A stretch of DNA of 64,000 nucleotides from Oculina patagonica. Its lineage: Eukaryota. The translations under genes were made by a program, and so were the position numbers. Position 1 is the first letter of the stretch, and each line of letters begins with the position of its first letter. The notes below the pieces were generated by a model, which ran no database searches, had not been told where the DNA came from, and saw only the letters and a program-made list of their open reading frames with translations. The DNA lies in the NCBI RefSeq assembly GCF_052425735.1, contig NC_135771.1:930001-994000 (forward strand), written 5' to 3'. This document shows, in pieces, positions 36,988-50,731 of this stretch.

Positions 36988-38675
36988 GATGGCTGTCTGC
37001 AGCAAGCAATGAAGGTCTTCTCTTATCTGTTTAATACATTAACAAACATGCTTCAATATAACTCCGTAATCCATATTTAAAACCCATTTGCATTTAAATA
37101 ATTCTTTTTATAGATTTCACCTTCAGGAGTTTCAGGTGGCAGATGCAATTTGTGCACATTGTGTGTGGCACAAACAAATTGACTGCTAATTGATATTGGA
37201 AAACTGACCAAAAATTTTAAGCATTGTTTGTGTAATTGATGCTTTGCTGGATGCTTGCCGGTTAAGCTTTAAAGTTTCGCTCCACTTTCATTCCATTTCG
37301 TAGCTTTAAAAGTGCACTTCGGTAAACAATATAAGAACTGACTACTCATTCTTCTGGACATGAAAGCAACACTTTAAAATGCATTTGCCTTTAGGTTGGG
37401 CTTATAATTGTCTGCATACATAGACTATGAACAATAATTTGGAGGATTTTTCTAATGGTTTGCTCGACAGCGTACTTTCTTGGAAACCGGTCAAGAATAC
37501 AAGCAGGAAATCATTGGCAAAAAGTGGTTAAAGGTACACGCTGACTGGCAACCAATTTTTTCTCTGACTTATTGTATTAAAAAATAAACTCATCTTGGTT
37601 CCCCTCTTCCCCTTTTTGGAAAACTTTGTTTTATCTCTCTCGTTCGTGGATCCCGTTAAACTCGTGCATGCTTGTGTTAGTTAACTTATATACACCTTCA
37701 ATGTCATATCTTTACAAGATGGGGCAGGGGGTGAGTAGGCCTTAAAACACACACGGATTGCAGATTTTTTGCGACACATTGAGCGGATTCGCGGACTTCC
37801 AAAATACAGCGGATCGCGGATTAGCTGAGATTTTGTGCGCGGATCCGGAATCTTCATGTCAGGAAGCTCTGATCGTGGATACTAAAACGAAGTCCGGATC
37901 ACTTTGGTCGGTCTTCGTCGTTATGTTGGCGAAATTGTCCCAAAAACAAGCAATTGAACGAGACTTCTTTAAAAAAATTGGCATTATAAAACAAGATCTA
38001 CTGTCCGTTGCATTGAAACTCTACATCCATATTTTTCAAGTTATGTGGATTTGGATTTGAACGAAAATATATAGAAAATATTAAGGATTCTTAACACAAA
38101 ATAGTAAACGAAACCGGAGGTAGTAAATTTCTGTCGATCACCTAAGAAACAATAGAAAGAACGTCTTATGGATATTTCCAAATGAGCTGTCTCAAGCATT
38201 AAAATGTTATAAGCTGCAGTAATATAGACAGTCCTTAAAAGATAACCTGTACACCTATTCATTTGCATCAGAAATCGCTGCGATATAAACGTAAAACCGT
38301 GCTCGGTACTACAAACCTAAACTCGGGAAACGATTTTCTTTTACAAAATATTACCTGGTGTAGAATAAACAATTTAATCCGACTTCGAAAGAGTAATAGC
38401 AAAACAGCAAGAAATGCGTGGTCTTAAGTAAGAAAAAACACCCACTACATTCATTTTAAGCAGAATTTGTTACATCCTAGGGAATTAACTACAAATAAGC
38501 GAAAAGTCGTTGTACGTAAAATTTTGTAAATGAATATAAAACCGAAGTTGTCAAGTAACTCTACAGTAATTCTACAGTGTTGTAGATCCTAGCGCTTTGG
38601 TAATACAACCTAGTGCAAAATTGGTAAATTTTCACCACTAGCACTATAAGAAAAAAGTGTTCCGGCTTCGTAATA

Positions 38676-39050
38676 CGCTCTTTTTTATATATAAGAACGT
38701 CTAATTTTTCGGCCGAGGCTAAACGTTCTTAACTTTTTTCGAAGATTTGAGCCTAAAATGTTCTTAAAATGTTTATATTTTTTAAATTTGAAAAACAAAG
38801 TGGTATTGCAGTAAATTCATTCCTAACCATGTTCACGTCAACAATGAGTTATGACAATGTTGGTTACTGGTCAGGATTTGAATGAAGATGTATTCAGTCT
38901 ATTCATTTCGTACATATATTTGTCACTTAGAACAAAGAGGAAAATAAAAAAATTTCTTAACCAAATTTCAGCCGTTCTTAGGATGTTCTTAAATTTTGGC
39001 CTTTTTTCAGCCTCGACGTTCTTATAAAAAAGGTTCTTATAGAAAAAGTG
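38676..39050. mobile_element. TA-flanked MITE
   Basis: Imperfect TIR CGCTCTTTTTTATATATAAGAAC / GTTCTTATAGAAAAAGTG with internal repeats. Confidence 0.6.
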
Positions 39051-40049
39051 TAATTCGTATCTTGACAGAAAAGGATGACAGTAATATATGTACAAACACA
39101 AACGCGAGATAGGCTGATGTAAGTTAAAGGGCGCCAATTGACGCTTTCGTAGACTAGGAAATAAATGTGTTTTTTTTTCTATAAATTGCACAGCCTACCT
39201 TTAAAAACGAATTACGATAACAATTTTCAGAATTCGCGATCAGTTAGCTCTGAGAACTTGCACTATGTGAGTATAGCGAAAGCAAAGACGCCGATCCAGG
39301 GGCTCGAAATTCTCAATACTGCTTCTATTCAGCTGCTTCTATGACTGCTTCTGATCGCTTTGCTCATTAGTTTCCTTTTTCATTTAAAATAGCTTAAAGT
39401 TCATTTCCAGTTGGATTACCGTAAAAGCGTTGACAAAATGAGATGGAATGATTAATGTAGTGATCTACGAAATGACATGGCAACTTTCATTGGCATAAAA
39501 AAAATCCTTTTATCAGTTTCGGTGCTATGAATTGTTGTAGCACTTACTGGCCACCATCAGTCAAAATTGATCTTTACAAGTGAAGACTACATGAGTGACG
39601 ACCTCAATGGAGGTAACATTAATAAGCTATGAAATGACAACCAAGAATGACAACGACCTCTTAACATTGAAATGATCGCGAATTGATTTCATGCGTTAAT
39701 CCAATGGATTAACAAAAGTTCAATCTCTCTTTTTCAATTTTGAAATGGAAGCAGCTTGTTTTACCATCACATTACGCTTTTGCATACATTAAAAAAAAAA
39801 AAACTGAATATTGCCAGGATATGCTATTTTTTTAATTTTTTTATGATAATATTAAAACATCGACACATCATAAAGCCCTTCTTGACAGATTTATTACAAA
39901 ATATTTAATGGCGCAGATAAGGTATACAGAAAATGAAACAAATTAGAAAATACGAGGCACGTAACAATAGCTGAAGATAATCGACTTAAAAATGAAAACG
40001 AAAATCCTTGCGCAACTGTAAAGCAGTCTTACAGTTAACGTAGCTATGC

Positions 40050-40226
40050 GTGGCTGTCTGACAAATACAGACTGCAGACTTACTGACGTCCACTCCGGTT
40101 AGCCTGAATAACACTCCAGATAGTCTCAAAACACTCCTGTTAGCCCGTTTACTGTTAGCTTTCAATAATGGTAATGGTAACAGGATATATACTTTTAGTC
40201 TGCAGTCTACAAAATTCAGACACCGC
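40050..40226. mobile_element. Small MITE-like inverted-repeat element
   Basis: TGTCTGA..CAGACTGCAGACT / AGTCTGCAGTCT..TCAGACA. Confidence 0.5.
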
Positions 40227-40357
40227 TTACCGTAAGCTTCGCCTAAAGGACGACAAGATAATTTTATCCCCCTCCCCTAAAATAAATAAATAAATACTTT
40301 ACATTTTACTGCTTCTCGAAATACGGATTAAAACTTAACTAAATTCAGAATAAATCA

Positions 40358-40510
40358 ACCTAGTAAATGGACCAGCTGACCACGAGTCTCTCGAAGCGCA
40401 GTTGGTTAGGGCAACCGATATCTTGAAGGCCATGGGTTCGATTCCCTTCGGGGACTCAGAATTTTTCTTTGTCCCATGTTCGTGTTATTGTTGAAAAATA
40501 CATCTTTACT
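40358..40510 (+). mobile_element. Solo diverged copy of the 259-bp tRNA-derived unit
   Basis: CCTAGTAAATGG..GAGTCTC..GGTTCGATTCCC..GGGGACTCAGA..CTTTGTCCCA is the reverse complement of the 13432-14366 unit. Confidence 0.8.
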
Positions 40511-41280
40511 TAATAAATTCATTTTTGTAACTTTAATTGCTTTTTTTGGTACTTTGTAGTCATTACCATTTATTTGTCACTGGCTATTGTAATTTTAAAC
40601 AGAAACCTATCTTGCTATTACGGAGTTTACTCTTTTGAAGTCCATTTAAACCCACAAAAACTGAAAGGCCTCCATTGATAAATAAATTTATTCTTTATTG
40701 ATCTCACAATTCGAGTTACACAGACAAGAGTTATATCAATCCTTTCTATTGGCAGCTATAACTTTATTTTTTGGTTATAATTTATTTTTCAAAGTTCAAT
40801 ACAATTTTTTGTTTTAGTTTGATTAATTCAAATTTTATAGCCAAGCGAAAACCTTAACTGTCTTTTGTAAGATAAAAACAATTAGCTGTTTTGGTTGAAA
40901 ACTGTCTTGAGGAATTCACTGATATTTCGGATGTTTAGAAACTGTTTAGTCAGTTAAGCATGGCTTAAAAATGTCTTGTTTTCTAAGGTTTATTGAATTA
41001 ACAGTTTCCATAATGAAAACATCACGGTCAGCTTATTTTTAATCCGAAGTAAGGCTATCTGTCAATTTAATTTTTAAAATCTTGGTTTAATATAACCAAG
41101 TATCTCTCGCTGGTGCTGATGGCGCAGAAGTCCACTGTTTTCGACATGTTCACAATCCTGTTGACGAGGGCTTGAACCGACAACTCGTCTAGTGTTCGTG
41201 TTTATTCGGGTATATCTCCGAAGATTTCCGAATGACAGCGGTTGCTCCCCGACTGTATGACTGAATGACTATAAAGGATA

Positions 41281-41290
41281 TGATGATGAT

Positions 41291-41364
<74 letters not shown>
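41281..41364. repeat. (GAT/GAC)n compound microsatellite abutting the GPCR 5 stop codon
   Basis: 28 triplets, directly visible. Confidence 0.95.
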
Positions 41365-41366
<2 letters not shown>

Positions 41367-43915
41367 ATGGTATTCTGTTTAAGGCGTCAAAAGCGCTCGC
41401 CTCCTTTAATTCGTGTTCGGACTGGATGTTAACCTGTCGAGTAAGAACCACTGAAGGCGATTTAACTGTAGTCATACCTTTGTTAAAGGTAGTAGTTCGA
41501 TTGACTTGCTTTCTCTTTTTCACTGTAACTAGGCTAAGGAAAGCTCTTCTGTATTCCTGATTATATAAAAAGTAAACCCAAGGATTGAAACAAGAGTTGG
41601 ACATTGCAAGCATGTCTGTAAACTGATAGAAGCTTAAAGAAAGCCTAACAACATTGAATTCCTTTAAAATGAAAAACATTTCCGCCGGAAACCAACAGAC
41701 TGTTAGCAGAAGTGCAGTCAATGCGCACATGCGTATAAGCTTCTGTTTGGCACGCTCGTAGTTACTCAAGTGCGCGCGATGATGAATCGCTGTACGTACG
41801 TGAAGCCACACATGCGCAAAGGTAACCCACGTGACAATACTTGGAACAAAGAAAGTTGCTAAGATATGCAGCAGTGTCAGTAGCTTTTCAGTTTTCTCGC
41901 CGTAAGGAGGAGTTCTCTTTTCACAGGTTCCGTGTGAGGGTTTCATGATAAAAAGTTCGTTGATCTGTGTAAAGCAGCTGAAGGCCCATATTATGGCAAT
42001 ATACAACAGCAATCTTCCTCTCTTGAATGCGTATTTGTACTTTAATGGCTTCACAACTGAAAACCACCTTTCAATAGCGAGGCACATGACTGTCAAGGTG
42101 GAACCTTTGCCAAACAAGAACAGAAAATACGTGGAACCAATCAGGCGACAGAACACCTCACCAGCAATGTTTTCATTCACCGAAAGATGCTTTTGCCCAA
42201 GAACATAGTCTGGTGTCACTGTTATAAAAACTCCTGCAAACAAAACATGTAAAACACAGTCATAACTGACAGAAATTTTGCTATTTGGCTATCGATACTG
42301 CTATCGGTCAGCGTCAACAAGTAAATCAAAGCAAAAACTTGGGTGTTTGTCATGTAACCTAATACACTTATACCTGATGAAAAACCATTCTGGATAATGT
42401 GGTGTGCGCAGTGGTTGAGTTTGTTGTTGTTTCTCGTCCTTGCTCTTAATAGCTTAGGGTTTCCTTCGTGTTCTTCAGTTTTCCTTCCTCCACAAAAATG
42501 AACACTTCCAAAATTTTATTCGACAAGTCCCCACAATCTTAACTGTCTAAATACTACCGTGTCGAAATAAAGACATCTTATTTTTATTTAACTTTTTTAA
42601 AATTAATAAATTTCAGAACTGACTGTATTGTTTACTGTTGCTTTTCCTTGCAATGAAATAGTATGTTGTTGTACATATTGGTTTTATCTCACATTTTTAA
42701 GTAATCGAACATCCCATTGCTGATCGCCTTACTCGGAGTGCCTTTGACTTATCAGTACTTTAGAAGTCTTTCCATCTTTCTGTCTACTTGCCAGATGTGA
42801 TAACATTGGTTCAGTGTCTAAAGTATGTGACGTAAGTTGCTCAAAAATTTGCGAGGGAGGATACTGCTAGAGCGTCACAAAAGTCAAACCAAGAATTTAA
42901 TTTTAATGTCGCTAGGAAGCTGAACTTCAATTTGATGCAACAAGTTATTCTGTCGAGGCTCAGGAGACACAAAGATAGGAAACTAATAAACATGGTTGTC
43001 TTATTTCCTTTCTTGGTGTCGCCTGGGCTTTGCTACCTAAGTTGAATTTTAAAATATCGAAAGCAAACTTTTCTGTTATAAATGCTTCTTTTTTGTGCTA
43101 ATTCTTTTCTTGTGATACTTTGGATATGAAAATCTCCACTGTATCAGTCGTTTTGATATTCAAAGCACAAACAAAGTTCATAGCATGATGAGTTTTCACT
43201 ATCCTTACGGTAATTTAAGCTTTGATCGAATCTGCAGAAAAAATCGACCATTGTCGATTTTGTTTTCGTCCTCTACCCAACCGGGGAGCCTGTTCGCAGG
43301 CTAATCAATATGGACGTGGAGTATGCGGGCGGTGATTCATGGCTTTGCTGTGTAATGGTAAAATTTCTTGTATAGTGGATTTCAGAAAGCTCAATGCGCT
43401 TCACAGTTAGCGTTACGGGGCGAGATCAGACATCAGCATATCAGGCGCCTTGGGCAGTCGCTATCCTTCTATCTATGTGGTCTCGTCCAACAACCCAGTC
43501 CATGGATTTATGTGAATAGCCCAGAGAGAACTACACTGGGAATCCTGTGCCTTACTCTTTGTGTTTGCGATCTTAGAAGAAAATTAATTCTGGATTAAGG
43601 GCGGATGATTGCTTAAAGTAAAATTAAAATTCTAGTCTACATGATGAAAATGAAATAGTCAGGCTCACCTGTTAACATGTCTGTAACAGCCAAGTTGAAT
43701 ATCAGAACATTGTAAGGCTTGGTTAACATTGTTCTTCTTTTCAAGATAACAATGCACAGCAGGAGGTTACCAGTGAAAGAAAACAAAGCGATGGACGCAC
43801 AAATGGCCGTCATAACTTGGCTGTGTTCATTTGATCTGATTATTCCACTCTTATCCTTCATGACATTTGAATTTGCATCGTCGGATATTAAAGAAAAATT
43901 TGAACTTGAGTTCAT
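41365..43915 (-). CDS. Rhodopsin-like GPCR 5, ~371 aa; exons 43915-43669, 42233-41365
   Basis: TDMLTG|gtgag intron; IERW, LIRMC, CWFPAE, NPWVY. Confidence 0.92.
42398..42530 (+). mobile_element. Degenerate SINE core fragment
   Basis: GGTTGAGTTTGTTGTTG..CTCGTCCTTGCTC..TTTTCCTTCCTCCACAAAAA..ACACTTCCAAA resembles a common anthozoan SINE (recognised from memory, not searched). Confidence 0.45.
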
Positions 43916-46900
43916 TTTGCCAACGTTTCACAACCTCGCGACTACGTTTCAGATGAAGCTTATATTCTATGGTCATGTAAAATCTTCAATAATCAGGTCT
44001 GGGCGAAACAACCTTTTTCAGTAAAATAAATTTGCGCATAAAGATATCGTTTTTATCGCCTGATTGGTCAAATCCACCTGCTCTAAAAGACGGAACTATT
44101 TTTCTTACTTGACAGTTCCATTTAACTCTGTAAATATCCAAGAAAAGGTGTTTCTCCCGCTTATGTCTTAATTTTTGAATTTTACTCGAAATCGATAAAT
44201 AGAAAAGGACCATTTTAAAAGAAGTCGTTTGGGTGTTATCTAACTGTAATTGTGAATGATTATTTCTGTCTTTTTTGTCCAAATAACGATATTCTTGGTC
44301 TCTTGTTTACTTGATCATGTTTTGTGAAGCGTTTTCTTCTTTCAACAAACTGGGAAAAACGACGGATACGACGTCATGACAAATTATAAGCTATCCCGTA
44401 ATTATTTTATTTCTCAAACAATCATTTTTTAAAAAAACAATCTTTAGGCTTGTTTTTGACATAAACAGGCTTTAGGCTCGCACAAAGACAATGCCTAAGC
44501 CAGGATGGCGTCCATTTTTAATAAACGTTTCATTACAACAATTTCTCATTACTCAAAACAATTTTCAATGAAGTTACACGAAGCAATGTTTTCAAATTGA
44601 ATAACATCGTCTGCAAGGTCTTCGAAATCTCAACCTAGTTTCGTTTCGGTTGTCTCCCCGTTAAGTATTCAAGTAGCCACACATACAATGTTTAATTTGT
44701 TATTGTGATTTTAGAAATTACAAGAAATTTAACAGAAATTTATATTTTCCCTTCATAGGCTTTGGATCCAGTAAGTAAGATATTTTTAATCAAAATGTTT
44801 CCGCTTGTTGACTTTTTTAAATGTGGTGTCGGTCAAAAATAAAAAAATTCTGCGGAGCTATTGGTCTGAATAATAACAGTGTGTAAAATATGTGCATTCA
44901 ATGTTTTATTTTAACTTAATAATTGCATTTCAAATTTACGTTGTTTCATTAAGTTATCGAGTTTCGTTTGATTCAGCCACTGAGATTTAATTTGATTTTA
45001 TCACCATTCCGGATCAAGAATTAAATTTCCTTAGTATTATCCCGTAAAGCGTAAAAGCTTGAAATCAATACGGCGTCCGAGACTAATATGATGACAGCTC
45101 GTTTTGCTGAGTGTCAAATTCAGTCCAAACATTCAGATATCATTAAAACATATGTTGGTTCGGCTGCAACTGTATTTACTTCAGTTATTTGGAAGAACAG
45201 ACCGCTGAATCGAATTCATATTTGTGGCGGTAACCGCCGAAGACAAATGAAATCAAACTATAACCTTACCTAACTCCTTAATTCGCGCATATAACTCTAG
45301 GAGGACTGCATCTTGCCCACTATGCCTGTATCAGTGTTTTTCAGCTGTTTCTGAAAAAGAATGCCAGATTATAGCTAAAACCGTTTACAAAGAGAATATG
45401 TTTGTTGTTAGTTATGTAAGGTAATTGTGCGCGTAAACTTAAGGTAGCTGAATGTTTTTAGTTAGAAGATGACCACGTAAAAAAAAACACGCACCGTAAA
45501 AAAATAAATAAATAAGTACCTCATAAAGAAAGCGATTTAGTTTACATATCAGAGGACTGCATCCACAATATTCCGCACAAAAATAAGGGAAAAAAAGCCG
45601 TTGAGATGTTTGCCAGCTGACTGTTTTTGTTTTTCTCGCTCAAAACAACTTAAAAAGGACAGAATGTGCCTGGTTTGCTGGTGAGGGGTTCATACTGAGT
45701 AAAATGAGCTTTCAAGGCAACAAAATAACTTAAATTGTAAATGTTTTGTCTATTGAAAACAGTAAGCAGCCATTTTTCAATTCATACACCAGTAATGGCG
45801 CCTGTTTGCCAAATCCTTTATACAATAGAGAAATCAATTAGGCACGTTTTGATAGCTACTCTTGAGAAGGAAAATCCTAAACGATTTTCTTCATAACCCT
45901 TTATCTTTGTCCGCGGAACGCAAGGGCGTTTATTATTCGCTCACGAATTTGTTATTATATTAATAAAGGGAAAATTACAAGTTTTCTACAGCGTATATAT
46001 ATATTCCAGTGGAGACTATTATTTACTCGAGTATTCCAATTTCACTTTTTGTGGCAATGTTAATCAAAGCTTGTTTTATTGCAGCTGATGAGACATCGCA
46101 ACAACTGAACTTCGAAGGGGTTGTTTTTTTTTTAAGCCTTATTGTTGGTTCCAGCAGATATGTCGGAACCTAGAGGCGTTAATTCTTCATTCACAAATGT
46201 GTTGTAATTTACTGATAAAACGAGAAAAAATGCAACTTTTCTGTAGCCTATACAATTCTTATGGAAACTAGTTTTTTTTTTTTCAAGTATCCCAACTTCA
46301 AGTTTTGTGAGAATGCTAATCTGCAGCACAATCGATCACTGTGTTTCGACGGCGTTTTGTTTAAATTTAGCCTCAGCGGATGTCATTACCGATACTATTC
46401 TTTGCCTAGAATGATTCTGTATTATCTATGTGAGGCTTCTGTAAATATGGTGTTTTTCTCCAGGTAATGCATGATTGTTGTAGTGCAGTCAATGCAGTAA
46501 GCTGCAGTAAGAGCAAGTCAGCGTTTCAGTATAAGTTTTAGTACGTAACATGTTTTAGTCTTTGTCTGGGTGAATAGCAACTGTCTACAAAAACTAATTA
46601 ACGGAAACCACACTTACCATTCAAAGTTGAGAAAATGTTCTCTTGCAGCCAAGTTGCTTCCGATGAACAAAACAGTAGGTTTGTTTAAGCATCTGGGTGT
46701 CAGCCCAGCTCCAAACTAAGAACCGAGGAGTTCCCTTTGAATACCTGGTGGGGGATTCATCTAACACAAACAAACTGTACTGCGATATGTTGACACAGAT
46801 CAGTGAAAACAGTGTCAAAAGTCGGTGTCAAAATATGGTCCAGCTATTGAACAATGTCACAACTGAACTCCATGTCCAGCTGTTATTCAGTGTCCGTTAA

Positions 46901-46993
46901 TTAATAAGGAACTTCGTCAGCAATCAATTCTTAGCTCCTGAGAGGCGGCATATTACGTTTTTCCGCATTTCCTTAATTATCATGTTAATTTTA

Positions 46994-47001
46994 ATAATAA
47001 C

Positions 47002-47041
<40 letters not shown>
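46994..47041. repeat. (AAT)n microsatellite
   Basis: Directly visible. Confidence 0.9.
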
Positions 47042-48062
47042 GTATTCATTTCTAGAGCGCAAATTCAATTAAGGTTTTTAAATGCGCGTTACAAATATGT
47101 AAAATGAACTAAACGAGATTTCACTAATAAAAAAAATTAATAACAAACAAACCCTTATGTCTGCATAATTTTTTGAATTTCATAACCTGAAGAGAAAAAT
47201 GACTTCTTCCCTCAGTATAGCCTAGCGACGGGCAATTCCAAAAAAGGTAAACTGAGATGACTGACCTTGGTCTTTACACGTGTTGGGAATACAAGTGTTC
47301 AAAATACGCGTGGTTTGAAGAAATACGGACGTTGTACAGGACTTGTCGTTCTTGCTATTCCCCTGACCAATTCGGAATGTGCTTTATCCGTTGGTCACTT
47401 CATTCAAACATGAAAACAGCAACGGACTCATGGACTTGCTACCAGCTGTTTCTAAACAAGATTCTATGCACAAAGACTTTATGTCCTGTCAGTTTATTGT
47501 TGTTCATACGATGTCACAATGCTAGTACAGCAGACATTATAATCCATCAAATATTTTTCGCGCGCGTGATTGGTCTAAACACGTCACGTGATGCAGCCAA
47601 AACTGGAGAATATCAGAAGATATTCCTCAAGTGATATTCCCCAGTTTTCAAACTTTGCGTTTTATGTTCGCACCTTTAGTTTTCATTCCGAGTTATTGTT
47701 AAATTGGACAGAACTGAACATTTTAAACGTGAATGATATTCTGAACGCAGACAGAATTACTTCAACCGTTAGAAACGTTTGAAGAAGATCTTTCAAAATG
47801 AGCTGCCTTGTGTTAAAGTATTTGAAGGATAGTAAACACAATAGCCTCCATTTGGCGTCAAAAATATGCACTGATATTTGTCCTTGGACATTATATTTTC
47901 TTTGAAGACCACAGTTTTCCGAAAACAAAGCTGTAGGAAAACTGTTAGCTTCTTGGAACAGATAATGTTCGCGGACAAAAATCAGGGCATAATTTTTCTT
48001 TTAATGGAGGTTATTGTTTATGTATTGCATAGATAAACGTGTCTTAATTGCCCAAACGTCAT

Positions 48063-50004
48063 TTAGATACTAGTGTTCATTTGACCGCTTTGTTCAAGTG
48101 CCTCACAACCTTGGTTAATGTAGCGAAACTGCAGAAGCACTCCACCGTCAAATTTTTCCGCATCAAAATCTCTGCTTCTTCTCTCCCATCGCGGTTCTTT
48201 GGTAATAGTCACACTTTGCCGTCTTCTCCAGTAAAAACAATTGAAAAGCGGACACAGTATAGAGAGAAAGCCTCTCCTGTATTCCTGATTAGTGTAGCAA
48301 TAAATCATTGGATTGGTACATGAATTAAACATGGAGAGAACTATAGTAAAGTGGTGGAAAGGTGTCTCTAGTTTAACGAGTTCATACGAGGACAGAGCAT
48401 AATAAAGCTGATTCGGAAACCAGCACACTGTTAGCAGTAACGCAACTATAATGCACATGCGCAGAAGCTTGAATCGTGTTAGCGTGACGCGCTTGTTGTG
48501 TCTTCCAGGAAAACTCTTTAATGATAACGAAATATGCAAATATGTCACCCACATAACGACAGTCGGGATAAAAAATGTTACAACTGTGTAAGTTATTATG
48601 ACAAATTCTATCGGATAATCCACTGAAATCCAAATGCATCGGAGATTGTCTTGGTTGAGCGTCATTCCAAATGGCATAGCAACATGTGAAAGAAGGCAGA
48701 TGAGCCATATGATAGCAAGATAAGTGAAAACTCGTCGTCTTTTAAACGTTAACTTGTATTTAACGGGTTTAACCACAGAGTACCACCGCTCCAAAGCGAG
48801 GCTCGTGACTGTCAAGACAGACACTTTACCTAACAGGAATACAAAGTACTGGGAACCAATGATTTTGCAAAAGACCACACCGAGCATGCCGCTAGGAGCC
48901 TGGTACGCGTCAAGGGCGATGAGGTAATTTGGTGTTATTCCAAGAAAGATTCCTTCAAATATAAAAACAGCTAATTAATTATTTTAAAACTAACAGTTCA
49001 AGTCCTGTTAGTATGGGACAATCGTGTAATTCACAGACAGATGAAGGTTTTAGAGCGGTTTTCACTTGAGCGTCGAAAGTAATTTGCGTTTGCTTTGGTT
49101 TTGCATTACTATGCTTAATGATTTGTTTAAAAATCTCGCGCCACTTTCTTAGCCAATTAGAACTTATACCAAATCCAATCGTGACTCGCTTGCGCACGTT
49201 TTCCCGCGCTTTGTGCCGGCCACGTGTATTTGCTTCGAGTTTTGATTGGTTCACTGGATTGTCTGTGTACTTTGTAATTGGCCAGAGTAATTACTTTGCT
49301 TTTGGTTTTACGACACGCAATTGAAAGCTGCTCTTAAAATGAAATGTGATGTTACTTTTCCTGCTTTACAGAACAATTTAAAGATGAATTCCAGTCCGTA
49401 CTGCGCAATCTCGGCTGCATGGTTTATGTGAGCCCACACGAAGGGAATGTTTACAAGCAAAACTAAAAATTCCGCGACAAACTTACCTTTTTCTTCATTA
49501 TTAACGCCAGATATCCTTGCAGAACAAATAATAACGAGTAGAAGAACCTTGACGCTATTTCAAACCGACGTTTTAGCTCATCGGAACTTCCTGAACGAAA
49601 CGAACTGTAATGGCGGACTAAAAAACGTCATGTATGCTGTCACCGAAGTGTAACGTTTCAACGAATTCAAAACAAAAACGTAAACAAACCCCGAGTCTGC
49701 GCAGTACGGACTGGAAATCATCTTTAAGTCTTAAAATCTAAAGAACAGGTGATTTAATATTTTATATAGCTAAAGTACCTGTCAGCAAATCTGTAACAGC
49801 CAGGCTAAATATCAGCAAGTTATAGGCTGATCTGAGCATCTTACGGTTTTTTAGTATAACCACACAAAGAAGTCCGTTGCTAACAAAAGCCATCAGCGCG
49901 ATAATACCAAACGCTACTCGCAGAAGATAGGAATAAGCTAGAGCCGTAGGCTGGGGAGTGGTCTGAAGATTCGACACCGAGCTATTGGTGGAATTTGTTG
50001 ACAT
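48063..50004 (-). CDS. Rhodopsin-like GPCR 6, ~371 aa; exons 50004 (or 50019)-49779, 48952-48063
   Basis: TDLLTG|gt intron; LERW, LLRMC, CWFPNQ, NPMIY. Closest by eye to GPCR 4 (FDGxLQ..FxYIN tail). Confidence 0.92.
49053..49333. mobile_element. MITE, PIF/Harbinger-like (TTA target duplication)
   Basis: TTA|GAGCGGTTTTCACTTGAGCGTCG ... CGACACGCAATTGAAAGCTGCTC|TTA. Confidence 0.8.
49382..49723. mobile_element. TTAA-flanked MITE (Kolobok-like AG terminus)
   Basis: TTAA|AGATGAATTCCAGTCCGTACTGCGCA ... TGCGCAGTACGGACTGGAAATCATCT|TTAA. Confidence 0.85.
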
Positions 50005-50340
50005 CTTCGTGTGTAACATCTAAAATGAAAAGTCAAAAATAGGTTATGCTTCAGAAAGTTCTTTCGTCGTGTTCTAGAATTCAAGATGGCCCGGCGGAAC
50101 ATGCCTGACGAGGCTGAGATTTCAGCAAAATTTATAGCAGTAAACAAAGATATTTTTAATATTTTAACTCCAAAATCGTGCGTTCAAAGAATAGCAAAGA
50201 CAGAGAATGTCAAGAAATTACCGAAAAAACGCTGGGCTTATAGAAAAACGCTGTGTTTTGAATTTTCATTTCAAATGAAAAACTGTTTTCCTCAACTGAT
50301 GATTCTCATTTATTAAAAAAATCAGTTTGCTTGTGCTTAA

Positions 50341-50731
50341 AAGGGCTTTGTCACGGATTTTACCAGATTTTTTAACAGCAAAAATTTATATTTGTGTCAC
50401 AGGAAACCTTAAAATAATAGTCCATTTTTATTAAAAAAAAAATTGCTATATTAGAGCACTGAAACTGTTAACGAGCGTCTTTGGCTGCGGATGGCTAGGA
50501 TGAAACTTGAAAAAATAAGGCTTACCGGTAACTTTTTTAGTTGTTTCCGCACGTCTTCAAAATAATCGATATTTATAGCCGTAGCTTTATTTATATCCGA
50601 AAATAACTAAGATTATATTTTCCTTTAGATGCTCAAAGATACTGTTTTTATGGGTTTTAAAATTGCCTACCACTAATTTCAGAACAGTTTACACCAAAAA
50701 TCTGGGAAATCCCCGTGACGTAGCAGCTCCT
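50341..50731. mobile_element. TTAA-flanked MITE (Kolobok-like)
   Basis: TTAA flanks; GTCACGG/CCGTGAC subterminal inverted motif; similar to 36345-36675. Confidence 0.6.

Noticed and set aside
50104-50132. Hammerhead-like CTGACGAG-hairpin-AAAA
   Set aside because: Lacks the GAAA core and stems I and III.
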